The position numbers and the translations under genes are program-made. Below are positions 38,968-51,321 of a stretch of 64,000 nucleotides of DNA, piece by piece (position 1 is the stretch's first letter; the number at the start of each line of letters is the position of its first letter). A model generated the notes under the pieces. That model was not told the origin of the DNA. It did not search any database and saw only the letters and a list, made by a program, of their open reading frames with translations. Source of the DNA: Penicillus capitatus (lineage: Eukaryota; Plantae; Chlorophyta); contig OZ287700.1 in the NCBI GenBank assembly GCA_965649825.1, forward strand, positions 1,488,001 to 1,552,000. Reading direction: 5' to 3'.

Positions 38968-39266
38968 AGTGCACGCTCGGATGAAATACCGTACACGGTA
39001 AGATGACGACGGTCCTTTCGAAGTAAAGCTTTAGTCGGGAAATGGCATCGTAGGTGCTATTCCTAATCGAGCAAGAAAGACAAGACGATGCAGTACGAAA
39101 GCGAGAACGTCTTCAGACGATGGTCCTGTTGCCACGTGAATTGACTGGGATGCTCAGACAAACGTGCGCCGCGGCCGCGCACACGCGGAAAGACAGACGT
39201 AGGAGACAGACCTGAGTCAATGCAGAGACTACAGGATGTGCGTAGAGTCAGCTCCATATACGTCGT

Positions 39267-40883
39267 CTAGCTCGAATCTAAGGCCGAGGCGGCATTGACA
39301 GTTTCCGAGTCCGCAGGGGAGAGCATCATTTCCGAAACCACGGGACCCAGAACAGACGACTGGATCTCGTTCTGCACGCTCTCATTTCCTATACCCGCAC
39401 AGACATTACTGCAATGCCAAGGGACCAAAGCGAAAACGTGCGCAGGTCTGGGCGACGGAGATCGTGTCGATCTGTTCGGGCGGGAAGTAGCACTGGTAGG
39501 CGGAGAGAAATCCCCCGTCGGACGAAATCAACGTCAGCTGCGCAGCAATCTCCACGACCATCGAACGAGCGAAGGCGTTCCAGACGAACCTGGAGAGGAT
39601 AGTGCACCTCGCGTTCCTTCAGGTCTCCTTGAACGATGACGTGCAGAAGGATGCCGCATCGACCAGGGTTGATCGCGCTTTCGACCCAGAGGTCCTGCTT
39701 CATCTGTGTGGAGAGAATCTGATGCTCCCGCGTGTGGTTTCCGCCGTACAGAGATCTCTGGGACTTGCCAGGGACGTAGTACGTCGCCCATGGATCGGTG
39801 GTTCCGATGACGGTGGCACGTGTCTTGCAGGGGCAGCCGATGTACACCACCTGCTCTTTGAGACTGTCAAACACCTGTCGCAGGAAACATGGGAACTGCT
39901 CATCCGTCGGTTGGTCGCAGAATCGACCTTCTTGGCACCCCCAGGCCAGTTGTAGCTGTCTCCGGACACTTCGATGACAAGACTCTCGCGCTCACTCTGT
40001 CGAGCGTAGCGGTCACACTTCATTTGCATCATGCAGCACTTCAACTGCACAGAACACTGAGTCGCGCGCCGTTGGAACGGCCATCTGACTTGCAGGACGG
40101 TATCGAGTGTCGGGAAACCGGGCGGGAACGGCAGCGAAGGACCTGATGCAATCGACGGTCGAAGTTCACGACATGGTGCTCGACAGTGCAGAACCTTTCT
40201 GCCAGGGAGATGTCCTTTCGCGTACAGGCCGTGACCACAGGACTGTAGATCCGCAGGAGCACTTAACATCCTGGTAGTTGTTGGTCGTCGACGTGCAGTA
40301 GCTCTTCGCTTTGCTCTCTGCACGAAATTGCATGTTTCGCACGAGAATTGCTGCTGCGGAGCGCGACGGTGATTCGGGACGAAGTTGTGATTTAAGTCGT
40401 CGTCGATGAGGGCCTGATCCGGCCAGATCTCTTTCTGCACGCCCTTGAACCTGCCGATCGTCTTCGTGATCCGATAGTAGTTGAAAGGACGGATCAGGAG
40501 CTTGTTCTCCTGGTCGTTCCACGCCCCCTCGATGTCGACGGAGAAGTCCAGCTTCGACCTGAAAGCCATACGCGTCAGGGAACATGCAACAGAGACACTG
40601 TCGACGACAGGGTGTCCTTGTAGAGCTTCCTATAGCAGGACTCGTCGTCTGTGACTATGCACTGGAGCGTTTCCGGCAGAAAAGAAGCGTCCACGCCGGG
40701 GATGACGCACAGGAGGTAGTCCAATCGGCTCAAGGCTGGCTCCTTCTCCAGTTTAACTGAACAGCGCCAGGCATCTAGCGGGAACGACGTTGTTCCACGG
40801 GAAAAACGCGAAAGCGAACGGGAGTTCTGAGCGGTCGTCAAATTCGAAGGCCAGCAATCGCACCGCGTGATGTGACGTGCCAT
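39267..40883 (-). CDS. Hypothetical multi-exon protein with strongly GC3-biased codons; family not recognised
   Basis: Exons with consistent GC-ending codons (SKLDFSVDIEGAWNDQENKLLIRPFNYYRITKTIGRFKG; VVYIGCPCKTRATVIGTTDPWATYYVPG; FLSAYQCYFPPEQIDTIS) linked by ~40-55 nt introns. Both ends approximate. Confidence 0.5.
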
Positions 40884-40907
40884 TCGCTGATCGCGGAGCG
40901 AGTCATC

Positions 40908-42393
40908 ATGCTTTCGTGTGGTCCGTCTTCGAAGACGACGTTCGCGAGGACGTCCTCCACCAGGACGAGTCTCTCCGCACGCGCCAACAGCACTCGACGC
41001 TGTGCGGCTCTCCGAGCGACGTCGACAGCGGATGAACCCCCTGCTGCCTGGCCCAAGCGCGCCATCGTGCCCGAACACACGCCCAAACCGGAAGATCCGA
41101 AGGTGCATGCCCCGGAAGTCCAGTGGAATTTCACGGTGTGGCGATGTGACGTAGCCGATTTCTCTGCTCGGGTCGACGGGTTCGATCGGCACGCAGACGC
41201 TCGACATCTGCGCCGAGCATCCCGAGGAATTCACCGTCGTCGCGCTCAGTGCTGGTTCGAACGTCGAGTTGCTTGCCGAGCAGGTTCGACAGTTCAAACC
41301 GAAGCTCGTGGGACTGCAAGATGCTCGTCGAATCCCCGAGCTGAAGGAGCTCATTCGGGACGTGGATGCGCAGCCGGAGATTCTGGGAGGAGCAGAGGGC
41401 GCGATCGAAGCTGCACGGCATCCAGACATTGAGGCCGTGGTGACGGGCATCGTTGGATGTGCTGGACTCGGACCGACGGTGGCGGCCATCGAGGCGGGAA
41501 AGGACATCTGTCTGGCCAACAAAGAGACCCTGATCGCCGGTGGTCCGTACGTCCTGCCGCTGGCCGAAAAGTACGGCGTCAAGATCCTGCCGGCCGATTC
41601 GGAACACTCTGCCATCTTCCAGTGCATCCAGGGTGCGGTCACGCGCGAGCGGTCCGTCTGTGCTACGTGCGAGAGTGATGTGACAGGTCTGCCCGAGGGA
41701 GGAATGCGGAGAATCATCCTGACCGCCTCGGGCGGGGCGTTTCGCGACTGGCCCGTCGAGAGGTTGAGGGACGCCAAGGTGGCAGACGCCCTGAAGCATC
41801 CCAACTGGAGCATGGGACGCAAGATCACGGTCGATTCGGCGACGCTGATGAACAAGGGTCTGGAAGTCATCGAAGCGCACTACCTCTTCGGGGCAGACTA
41901 CGACCACGTCGACGTGGTGATCCATCCCCAGAGCATCATCCACTCCATGGTGGAAACGGCCGATTCCTCAGTCATTGCCCAGCTTGGATGGCCGGACATG
42001 CGGTTGCCCATTCTGTACACCCTGTCCTGGCCGCGGAGGATCCTCACCTCCGAGGAGACCTGGCCTCGATTGGACTTCATCAAGATGGGAGACCTGACAT
42101 TCCGCGAACCGGATCGAAAGAAGTACCCTGCCCTGAACCTGGCCTACGCAGCAGGGAGGGCGGGGGGAACCATGACGGGCGTCTTCAGTGCCGCGAACGA
42201 GAAGGCGGTGGAGTTGTTCCTGGACGAGAAGATCGGATACATGGACATCACGCGTCTGATCGAACAGACGTGCGCAGAGCACCAGAATGACTTGAAGCTG
42301 AAGCCGAACCTGCAAGACATCATAGACGCAGACCTGTGGGCGCGGGACTGCGTCGCTCGCCTTCACCAGAACGAGCAGCAACTCACCGTCTGA
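40908..42393 (+). CDS. dxr: 1-deoxy-D-xylulose 5-phosphate reductoisomerase (plastid MEP pathway)
   Basis: Ser/Arg-rich transit peptide, an intron, then [97 protein letters not shown] and SAANEKAV. In-frame 54-nt intron at 41633-41686. Confidence 0.97.
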
Positions 42394-43943
42394 GACCAGG
42401 ACCGATCGTCTCTTGCGGAGGTGTGGGTGATCTTCACGTTTCTTCACGACCGTATCGTTCAACGGTGTCCTTCTGAATGAACCTTTATGTTAATGAGCGG
42501 CGCCGACGACGACAACATCGTTTTGTCAAACATCAAACTTGCAAATGTGTCCGTCAACACTGCCAACAATATGTTCATTTGATAAGAAGATTCTTTGTTA
42601 CCTCTTTCCACAGTACTCAATATCGACGAAACGGAAAGAATCCGCAAATCGAACGCATGCTGCAAACATGGGCGCTTTAAGGTAACAAAACAGCACAGAC
42701 CGATCACTGTCGTGCGAACACAGGCGACAGCATTCTATCCGAAGGATGCATTTTCCTTGATTCATAGAACAGTATTTGCAGTGTGTATAGACCGTCCGTC
42801 GTTTGACAGCTGTCTCTCAGACAATTGATGGACTACAGCTCTGATACAAGGAGTGTTCCCAATCGCACTTCATTGACAGAATCCTTGAAGTACAGACGGT
42901 GACAGAGATGCCCTTCATCGCCATCACATCCTTTTCGATGGCAGGACGCGACCCATTCTTGCTGCAGAGCAGTGCTCATGAGTGGCTTTTTGGACCATCA
43001 TTTGTCTGTGAACCCGGTATTCGGCGCTTCGGATAAACTCTGCTGCGAAAGAAAGTGTAATAGAGATGCCGAATGCGTCTCGCGTTAGACGTAAAATCGG
43101 AGAGCCGCTACTCAGCACCAAGCATCTGACAGAGTCTCGCAGGCGATCTCTGAGTTGGATGCCTGACCGTCGTATTCGGGGCCTTTGGGCTTCATATTGC
43201 AATACGCCAAGCATTGTTTGGCGAATTCTCAAAAACACACTTCTGAAGCAACTCTTCGAGCTCCGTCTGCGCGTTCGTTGGTAAAACTCAAACGGCCGCA
43301 AACTGTTGTTGTTTGCGTATGAACAGGAGACAGAACGAGAGCTTTGTCTTTGGGTGGTGGGTTTCGGACTCGACTGCTTATGACTCGATAACCCACTTAA
43401 GCCAGAAAACAACGACGGCAGCGCAGCGACCTGACTTTCACATCTTCACTAGGCGATAGAGACAGGAGTCATAGAAACGAAAAATCCTTTCTCAGAAAAA
43501 TGCGGGTAGAATGTGCCGGTTTTGCAGACCAGCTATTCTGGACACTAAGTGAAATTTCCATGTCAAGCTTGACGACGTGTTCAGATTATCATTCTAACCG
43601 ATCCTCGAACGCGTTCCTGGCAGCGCATGGAAATTCCTGCTCCCTTCAACAAAAGCGCGGTTTCTTATTCGACCATTCAGGATCGCGACAACTTGTGTTA
43701 ACCTTCGGTGTGGTGAAACCAACAGGTAACATTCTCACTCACGTGTGTGTCCACGTGACGCAGCAGGTTTCAACGGTGAACTTCATGTTCTCTTTGCTTG
43801 TATTGCACTCAAGTTGGCGCCCGTTCAAATGAAAAGCATATGCCAGTGTCGAAACGATACCGTACGTATCACTGGGTCTTGTACCAACTCCTATTGAAAC
43901 AGAGCATTTTACAAGCACGTTGCGCCTTTCCCAGGACTTTCTG

Positions 43944-44439
43944 TTAAGCAGAACTTCTAAATGTCCGCGAAACGTGCGCCACCTTTGCCAAGAACCAAAC
44001 AGCAATAATCACACAGAATGCAAAGAGGACGAGCCAAAGCAGATGGTTGCTCTTAGACTGCTCATAAACCTTATTAAGACGTTTTGAGACACGACGCATG
44101 GCGAATTGTCCCTTCTCCATCGCCTCCCTCTACATGCCACACGATAGCATCATGCATACACACACCTCATTTCGATTGGCACCATTTGCTCCAGGAATCG
44201 GTTTTGCTCTTGGGATTCGTTGTGAATTTCCCTCGTCACCTGACATCGCTCAGAGGCAAAGACAGAACCTCGTATACAGAACATACGTGTTTCAGTCGAC
44301 CGACTTGGCTGCGCAGTCCTTCTATCTCCTTGTCAAAATCGAATTCTCCTTCAACGTTTATCTGCAGATGTCCATCGCCGTTGAGACGTGCACGAGAAGA
44401 TAGGCCATCTCTGTTTGAGCGTCCCTGCCAGTCCGTCAT
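43944..44439 (-). CDS. Bet1-like/SFT1-type Qc-SNARE
   Basis: Three exons give MTDWQGRSNRDGLSSR..DFDKEIEGLRSQVGRLKH|VTREIHNESQEQNRFLEQM|REAMEKGQFAMRRVSKRLNKVYEQSKSNHLLWLVLFAFCVIIAVWFLAKV.. (SNARE heptads plus C-terminal TM). Confidence 0.85.
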
Positions 44440-45584
44440 GGAGAGAGAACAAAGAGAAGAAACCAAGTCGCGTAAGATGCTGAACTAATGATACGGCATT
44501 TAGGACGTAATAACGACATCTCGGAGGAATGCGTTGTACGATAATCAATTCCGGCCTGGTTTTGTCGCTGTCGCTTGTGACGTCTATGGATCTCTTATCA
44601 GTGTCAAGATCATTTGGTAGAAAGGGCAGCACATGAATGCTCGTGAAACGAGACCTGCGTCAAGAGATTTCTGTTCTGTTTTAGAAGAAGCCGTTTTGAC
44701 AAGTATGTGGACAGGAACGCTTTTTTGTGTTGGCGTATGCGATGCTTTATTGGTCGTCCAGAGACGAATTCGGTGGTGGCTTTCTATTGCGTCAGCACCG
44801 AACAGGCCCAACTGTCAATCGTTTTAACGTGCATCTTCCGCTCCTACTTGGGGAAACTGCATATTTCAAATTATGCGACATAAAACACCACTGTTTTCTG
44901 CGCTGGTAAGCCTGATTGTCTAGTTTTCTCGGGCAACGAGACCGAAGACGATCAGAGAGCAAACTGAAGGCAGAGACTGCGTATTTTTCTAGTTCATCCC
45001 ACGTAAGAACGCTAAAACGCGTACTCAGACACACTGTACGCCACACGTGGTGCGCTGTCCTCAAATGACGCGTAGGTATAAAGAAAGGCTCTTGCGCAGT
45101 CGTCTTTGTAGCTTTCGTTTAGTCCTGAACTCGGTGCCGCGCATTTCCAAAGCGGAAAACGGACTCTCTTCTTTGATCACACTTAGCAGACATCTGCTGT
45201 TGTGAATTTGTGACGGTTTTATATTGCCATAGCAACAGTGAGCATATAAGAAGTCGGAGTAAAAAGGCGAAACAGCGCTGACCCACAAAGCGGCGTTCAG
45301 CAAAGATAAGAATCGTATCAACATCCAATTCTTGCAAGCATCACGATCCGTCCTGCCTCTTTCCCAGGGGGAATCGAAAAAATATGTTCGCGTCTGCGAC
45401 CTATTTAATTGAAAGACATGAGTGAACGCTCAGAACTTGTTGGCTTTCTGCGCACGTTACCCATCGTAGAAGAGGCAGTTATGTTTTGCTCCATGCATGC
45501 ATGCCTTGATGATTACGAAGTCTCCGTCAGAATGATCGAAACGGTCACAACTGTTTCGCGTTTCAGCACGGTCGCAGTAGCCGC

Positions 45585-48500
45585 ATGTGGCGTTTTGCAA
45601 TCCTTCTCCAGACGATTTGCGTCGTCGCAGATTCGGCTTTCCGCTTCGGTGCCGTTCTCAGCACAGTCGGTGACACTGCCACGCTCGCCGAAATAAAGAA
45701 TGGATACGAGCTTTATTTCAATACTCTCAATGCAGAAAACGACGGACGCGGATTCGAACTCAAAGGGAAGAAGGGCACAGAGAGCTTCTTCTTTCAATTC
45801 GAGTTTCTCTGGCGTGAGGACATGAGCAACGAGAAAACGCATGAGCGACGCATGAGGGACCTCATTCGAAAGGACAGGGTGCATTTCCTTGGAGGCTCAC
45901 ATCCGGTCTACGCCGAAAGCGAAATGCGCATTGCCAATGAATTCGGCATCCTAAACTATCAGTGTTGTGTGGGGCCTGATTATCTCTACGAGCAAGATTA
46001 CCCCACGGTCTTTGGGATTCAGGCATCCAACAGGCAGTATACAAGCATGCTGATCCGGACATTGCAGCTCAGAAATGTCACTGCAATAGAGTTCGTGTAC
46101 CAGGAAGACGATCCGTTTACGCGGACAACGTGCGAAGCGGCAGAACGGTTCTTTCATGAATTCGACGGCATAAGAGGGACGGATCATAGAGGCGTTGCTC
46201 GTCACCGTTTCAACGCGACCCTCACTCGCAACTCGGCGAGAGAAGCAGCAAAAGAAGCGAAGCTAAGAGGAATGGAAGCCGTTGTGGCATGTGTCTTTCC
46301 AGCAGATGGGAAACGCCTGGTTGAAGCTTTCCATGAGATCCGATATCCCCTGAGGGCTTTCTTCTTGACGACCGGTCCGACGAAGCAAGACTGGGCGGAC
46401 GATTTTGATCCGCCCTCCCTCGCGAACGATCTGCTGAGCGCTGGTCAGTGGCATCCTGGGATAAACTACTCTGATGCGTTTTTCAGATCCACAAGTCGTT
46501 ACGCAGAGATGTACCGAGACAACTACGGCGGCCTTGTGGCGACTTACGAATCAGCTGGGGCGTCTGCTGTTGGACTAACACTCACACAAGCTATTCGAGA
46601 GGCTTTTCGAAGCTGTGACATTTCGGCAACAGGAGGCGATGTTGATGAGCTGCTTTACAATGCAACGGCCATTGAATGCGACCGGGGCGAGATTCAGATT
46701 GGATACCAACGCATTCTTCACGCGCTTTCCGTTTTGGTAATGAAGGAGACCTTCTTTGGAGGCGTCGCGTTCAACAAATTTCGACGAAACGTGGCATTGC
46801 AGCCGGTCACCACGCAGATCTTCGAGCGAAAGGCAGGTGGTGATACCTTCAGAGAGATCGTCGCCGTTTTGCCGCATACCTACGCCAACGAGGTGCTGAA
46901 GTATCCGGCCACGAATCGCTACACTAAAAAGTGCAAGCCTGGATACTTTACTGGTCCTGATCCATTCGATCCTTGCCAGCACTGTGCGCAAGGGGAATTC
47001 TCTGACCTCACCGACGCTGATCATTGCGAAAGGTGTCCGAAAGGAACGTGGACAGATCAATTGGCCCAGCAACAATGCAAACCCTGTCCGGAAGGAACGC
47101 ACACGATTGTCCCCGGCGCCAAAAAACAGAGAGACTGTGTCTGCAGACCTGGCTACTTCAATATTGCCCTGCAAGCAGGAGTGAAGTGCGAACCATGTCC
47201 TGAGGGAGCTGTCTGTCAAGGAGGAGTGCAGCCGCCGATTCCACGACATGGTTACTGGGCAGACGAGTCACGACGATATCAACTGTACGGCTGCGATCCT
47301 CTTTCCAGCTGTCTCGGGGGAGAAAGTATGGCCTGCGAGCAAGGCCGTACTGGGAGGTAAGACTGCTACTGGCAACGTCCTTGCGCCAGATCTCGCTTTA
47401 GGATGTGCTCTGAATGTGCCGATGGCTACTTTAACGTCATTCAGAAGTGCTATCCGTGCAGAGACAAAAGCGAACTCGTTGCATTCTTTATTCTGCTTCT
47501 ATTGGGGTGGTGCTTTGTCGTTCTGCTCTCAAGAACGGTGGATTCGTTCGCGATCATTTTGCAGTGGGCTCAGTTGGCCAACATCATTGGTGACATTCAT
47601 CTTAAGTGGGCAGGTATGGTGACAACACTGTTTGGAATTGCCAGTCTGCTCGACTTGGACGTTGACATTATGGATCCCACTTGTCTAACATCGTGGGGTC
47701 TCAGACAAAAGCTCCTTCTGCAGTTGGCACTTCCTTTTTTGCTGACGGGTTTGGGATGCAGCAGGTATCTGGGATCTGCCTTTGTTCATATGCTGCTCAA
47801 ACATAAGAAACTGAAACTGGGCAGAGGATGTCGACGATTTCTGTCCTTCTTCGTGCGTATCCCGGAGAACGAATCTGAGCTTACCGAGAAACGAGATGCC
47901 ACCATTGCCTCTCTCCTGGCATCCATAAATATCTGTTACATCACGATCACTAAGTATTGTTTCGATGTTTTCAAATGCGAGAAGATCGCTGGAGTCTCGG
48001 TTCTCAGAGTGGATCCCAGTATTGCCTGTGACGAAAGACACGCGATCACCGTCATTGTCGCCGGTTTGGGCATTTGCATATACGTCCTTGGATACCCGGC
48101 ATTTCTCTGCTGGAAGCTCTACCACCTGCACTGCTGTGATCGTTTTGTGGATCCGGTCCAGCTCCGCACATACGGATTCATCTATGCAAAATACGAACTG
48201 GACTATTGCTACACCCCAGCAATCGTCATCGTTAGGAAACTGCTGTTTGTCTTAGTCCTAGTGTACATCAACAACCCGGCATTCCAAGTTGGTGCGATTG
48301 CCGTGATCATCAATGCCTCGCTGACCATCCATGTCTATACAGCGCCGTACGTAGACACGCACCTGGATGTCCTTTTCAGTTTCTTGTTGCTGGCGCTGTT
48401 ATTCGAGGCATTTGGCGGACTGATGTTCTACAGTGAGAATCTACCAGACGCCAATCGACACATTCTGGAATGGATCGTCTTCGTCACGTTCTTGATGCTG

Positions 48501-49493
48501 GTTGTCGTCTTCGTACTCATTTTTGTTGCCGAGATTGTCAAGAAATACTACACCCTGTTTCTCAAGAAGCAACATCGATCTTTTGCCAGAAAGACTAAAG
48601 GCGATGGGCGCCATGGACAGACAGAGGCGTCCGTGGTCAACAGTCCACTTGCCCGCGCTGTTCTGGATACTGTCGGGTCCAGGGACCTGGACAAAAGAAT
48701 CAGTTTGGAGCTGCTCGATACATTCGAACCCGGTTTTGTCTATCGCTGTCTGAGGAAGCATCCAGAACATATCCAGAAGTGGGATCGCCTCACCGACATG
48801 CTCAAAGATTATATGGCCGATGATTCTGATACTTCCTATCTCTCGACCGATCCCGTGGCGAAGTTCTGGAGAAAGCTGGTTGATCGATTTCCTGAGCTTG
48901 TCGATTTTTTGGCAGTCGCGGACGAAGACAGTCGGAACAAGTTTAACGACTTCGCCACAAATCTCTATCGAAACTTCTACCTGTCGAAGAAAATCGAGCC
49001 TTTGCCTCTCATAGGCGTACTGAACTGGAGAGACTATGCTCCACTGGCTCAGTGGCTGGCCATTGCTGAAAAGGAAGAACGTGAGTTTTTCTTGAGCTTT
49101 ATGGGTGAGCTGTTCGAGACGGCTGGCATGCAGGAGGCAGCTGATGCCCTTAATGTAAAGTTTCGAACTGGTGGTCCTGATCCGCATCTGCAGCATCGCC
49201 GAGAACAGACAAATCTTGCGAGGAAAGGGAGAAGAGCTCTGATCCACATGAACAGTGGTTCCAGTCCTTTTCGCCATTCGGCAGCAGAGAAGAATCTCAA
49301 TACCTTGACAACCGTGGCAGTCGGTGTCTCAAAGTTCCGCTTGGGTCCATTGCGAAGCAAGAAGAAATTATCTCAGCCGCTGGCAGCTACGGGGACGCAG
49401 ACAGGACCCTCGACCTCGGAAGCCCCGATGGAATCCGCTCGGGAGACCGATCCAGCGATGGAACCTGTCGAGGAAGAAGACGTCGAGCATTGA
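45585..49493 (+). CDS. Large receptor-like membrane protein: signal peptide, type-1 periplasmic-binding (Venus flytrap) domain, GCC2/GCC3-like Cys-rich repeats, ~9 TM segments, cytosolic tail
   Basis: ORFs 45585-47360 and 47403-49493 are joined by a 45-nt intron at 47357-47401. FRFGAVLSTVG..NGYELYFNTLNA..DLIRKDRVHFLGG resembles LIV-binding proteins. Repeats CQHCAQGEF, CERCPKGTW, CKPCPEGT, CVCRPGYF and CEPCPEGAVC..PIPRHGYW. TM block includes YGFIYAKY..VIVRKLLFVLV. Confidence 0.85.
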
Positions 49494-51002
49494 GAGATCG
49501 AAAACAGAATGCTCCTTTGTCCCAGAAGAAAGAAAACTTAAGCCAAGCCATCTAGGTCCATCAACGTGCTTCATATGAAATGCCATTGTTTTTTATTCTA
49601 TGGTTTTAGTGTGACTAGCACATAACTTCCTGCGACATTCCTTTCCTTCACATTCAACTCCGTATCACACAACAACCACGGAATCAGGGTTTATATTTTG
49701 TTCTGTCGGTCTTCAACGTACTATGAAACCTATGTTTACAATCACGTGGATAGTGTTAATCCCGCCGCCTTTTTCAGTTTTCAATTTCAAGGGACTGTCT
49801 GTGACTGTCAAAGATGAGTCTAACATTACATCTTCAATGTCAGAATGTATTCACACCCCTTATTCACAAGGACTCGTCTTCTGCGTCAATGGATCGTGTT
49901 TGACAAAGGTACAGATGAGATCGTGGTGTGCTATGTTCATGTCACTCCCTTTCAAAGTGAATTGTAATCGGTTCTGAGCTAATAAATAGTGCTTCATTTC
50001 TTCTCCGGACATGGGCGCTTCTCTATGTAACAGCCGAGATGTTGTATACACTGAACTCGGCAGAAGCATTGAAAGCCAGATCGTGTACAACGTCACTAAC
50101 CTTCGAGCCTGCGTAATAGCCCGACGATCAGCAAACGGAGTGTACGCTGTCATGAATGAGTAATTGGGGGCGTTAAACCCGAAGTGTCACTTGATGTACT
50201 TAACAGTGGTGCCTGTGTCGAGTACGTGATTAGTGTGATCTTTTCTGTAACACATTCTGGTCGTAAAAGCGACAACGCCAAGCCACGAACTCTGAAGACA
50301 CTGTTATATCTTTCCCTGAAATTGCGGCTTCGACGCACAAAGCAGTTTTTTCTTGTTTATCTGGAAGAGCAGGAGGCATGATGGGCTTCGACCTTCTTTC
50401 TTCAAGATACTACAGGAAGAAACAAAGGTACCTGCACACACGTCGTGGGTTGCAAACGAAGCTTTGTTATTCGAAGCTTCTGTGGAGGATTGCACGGGTA
50501 TTCTAAGAATTGGATGAGAAAGCACGGATTAGTGCGTTTGTCTCGGAAAGAATACAGTCTTCTGAGCACGTGTAGGTTGAGCATATTAGTCACTCGCGGA
50601 TCGATTCCATGTTTGTTAGCTTACAAGTATTGCTTTAAAGCCTCAAGATGAAGGTTTGCTAGCTTACAAGGTCGTTCTCTTGAAGTAATTGTAGTGAGAA
50701 CAGAGTACAAAATCGAATTGCCGTGACAACACACGCGGTCATGGTTCAGTTGATGGTTTGACCTTTTCTGGGCAAAAGTTGAACTTAATAGAACAATCCG
50801 AAGGTTTGACGCACAAAACCACCATCTTCTAAATTAAGAAAACACTTTTTTTATGTTTAGATGATTAATATGTGGACTCTTGAGATATGCGAGTGCAAAC
50901 CGGGACAATTACACATTCATGTTAGGCGTAATGTTCGTAGACATGCATTTTCAGATTACAGTGTGGTTTATCTGACTTGGTAACAATTGGTTGTTAAATA
51001 AC

Positions 51003-51208
51003 TGACGGGGATTCGACAGACTCTAGCGCGCCGCGAACGCCCCGACGCGTATGCGGAAGCGGAGGAACTCTATCGCGTCGAAGCTAAGACTGATTACATG
51101 GCGCATACAATCGGTTTAGTACCCCTGGCACCCGCGGACCGCTGTCCCATCAGGAAGCGGACAGTCTGTCCGGTCCGCGGGGCCGCAACCGTTGTCGCGT
51201 ACCCGTCA
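51003..51208. ncRNA. Candidate structured non-coding RNA / cis-element of unknown type
   Basis: GC-rich island in AT-rich flanks. Terminal stem 51003-51009/51202-51208; hairpins 51043-49/51074-80, 51084-95/51109-19 and 51131-47/51159-81; loop complementarity 51049-55 with 51102-08. No match to RNA families I can recall; transcription is not shown. Confidence 0.35.
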
Positions 51209-51321
51209 ATAACCCTAGGTTTTAAAAGAACATTGGTTTGTATACGTAAGACACTTTACAAGACCGAACGGACACTGTAACTGCGAGACTGAATAGAGGT
51301 CAACTTTAAGAGTCAAAGATG

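Noticed and set aside
40575-41943. Long minus-strand ORFs (431 aa, 270 aa) opposite dxr, and similar ORFs opposite the receptor, RAP and WDR92 genes
   Set aside because: Antisense shadows of GC3-biased coding sequence with no recognisable motifs.
42450-45400. ORF fragments flanking the SNARE gene (42924-43412 and 44584-45337)
   Set aside because: There may be unrecognised genes here, but frames and splice sites are ambiguous and no motif was found.
51003-51020. tmRNA-like GGATTCGAC and tRNA B-box resemblance
   Set aside because: No tRNA-like acceptor/T arm, tag ORF or A box in the correct spacing.
51003-51223. Telomerase RNA hypothesis (TAACCCTA at 51210-51217; CTAAACC on the minus strand)
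   Set aside because: The TTAGGG-type template lies outside the closing stem, right before the T-run, with no downstream pseudoknot. The minus-strand 7-mer lacks CCC and barely exceeds one repeat.
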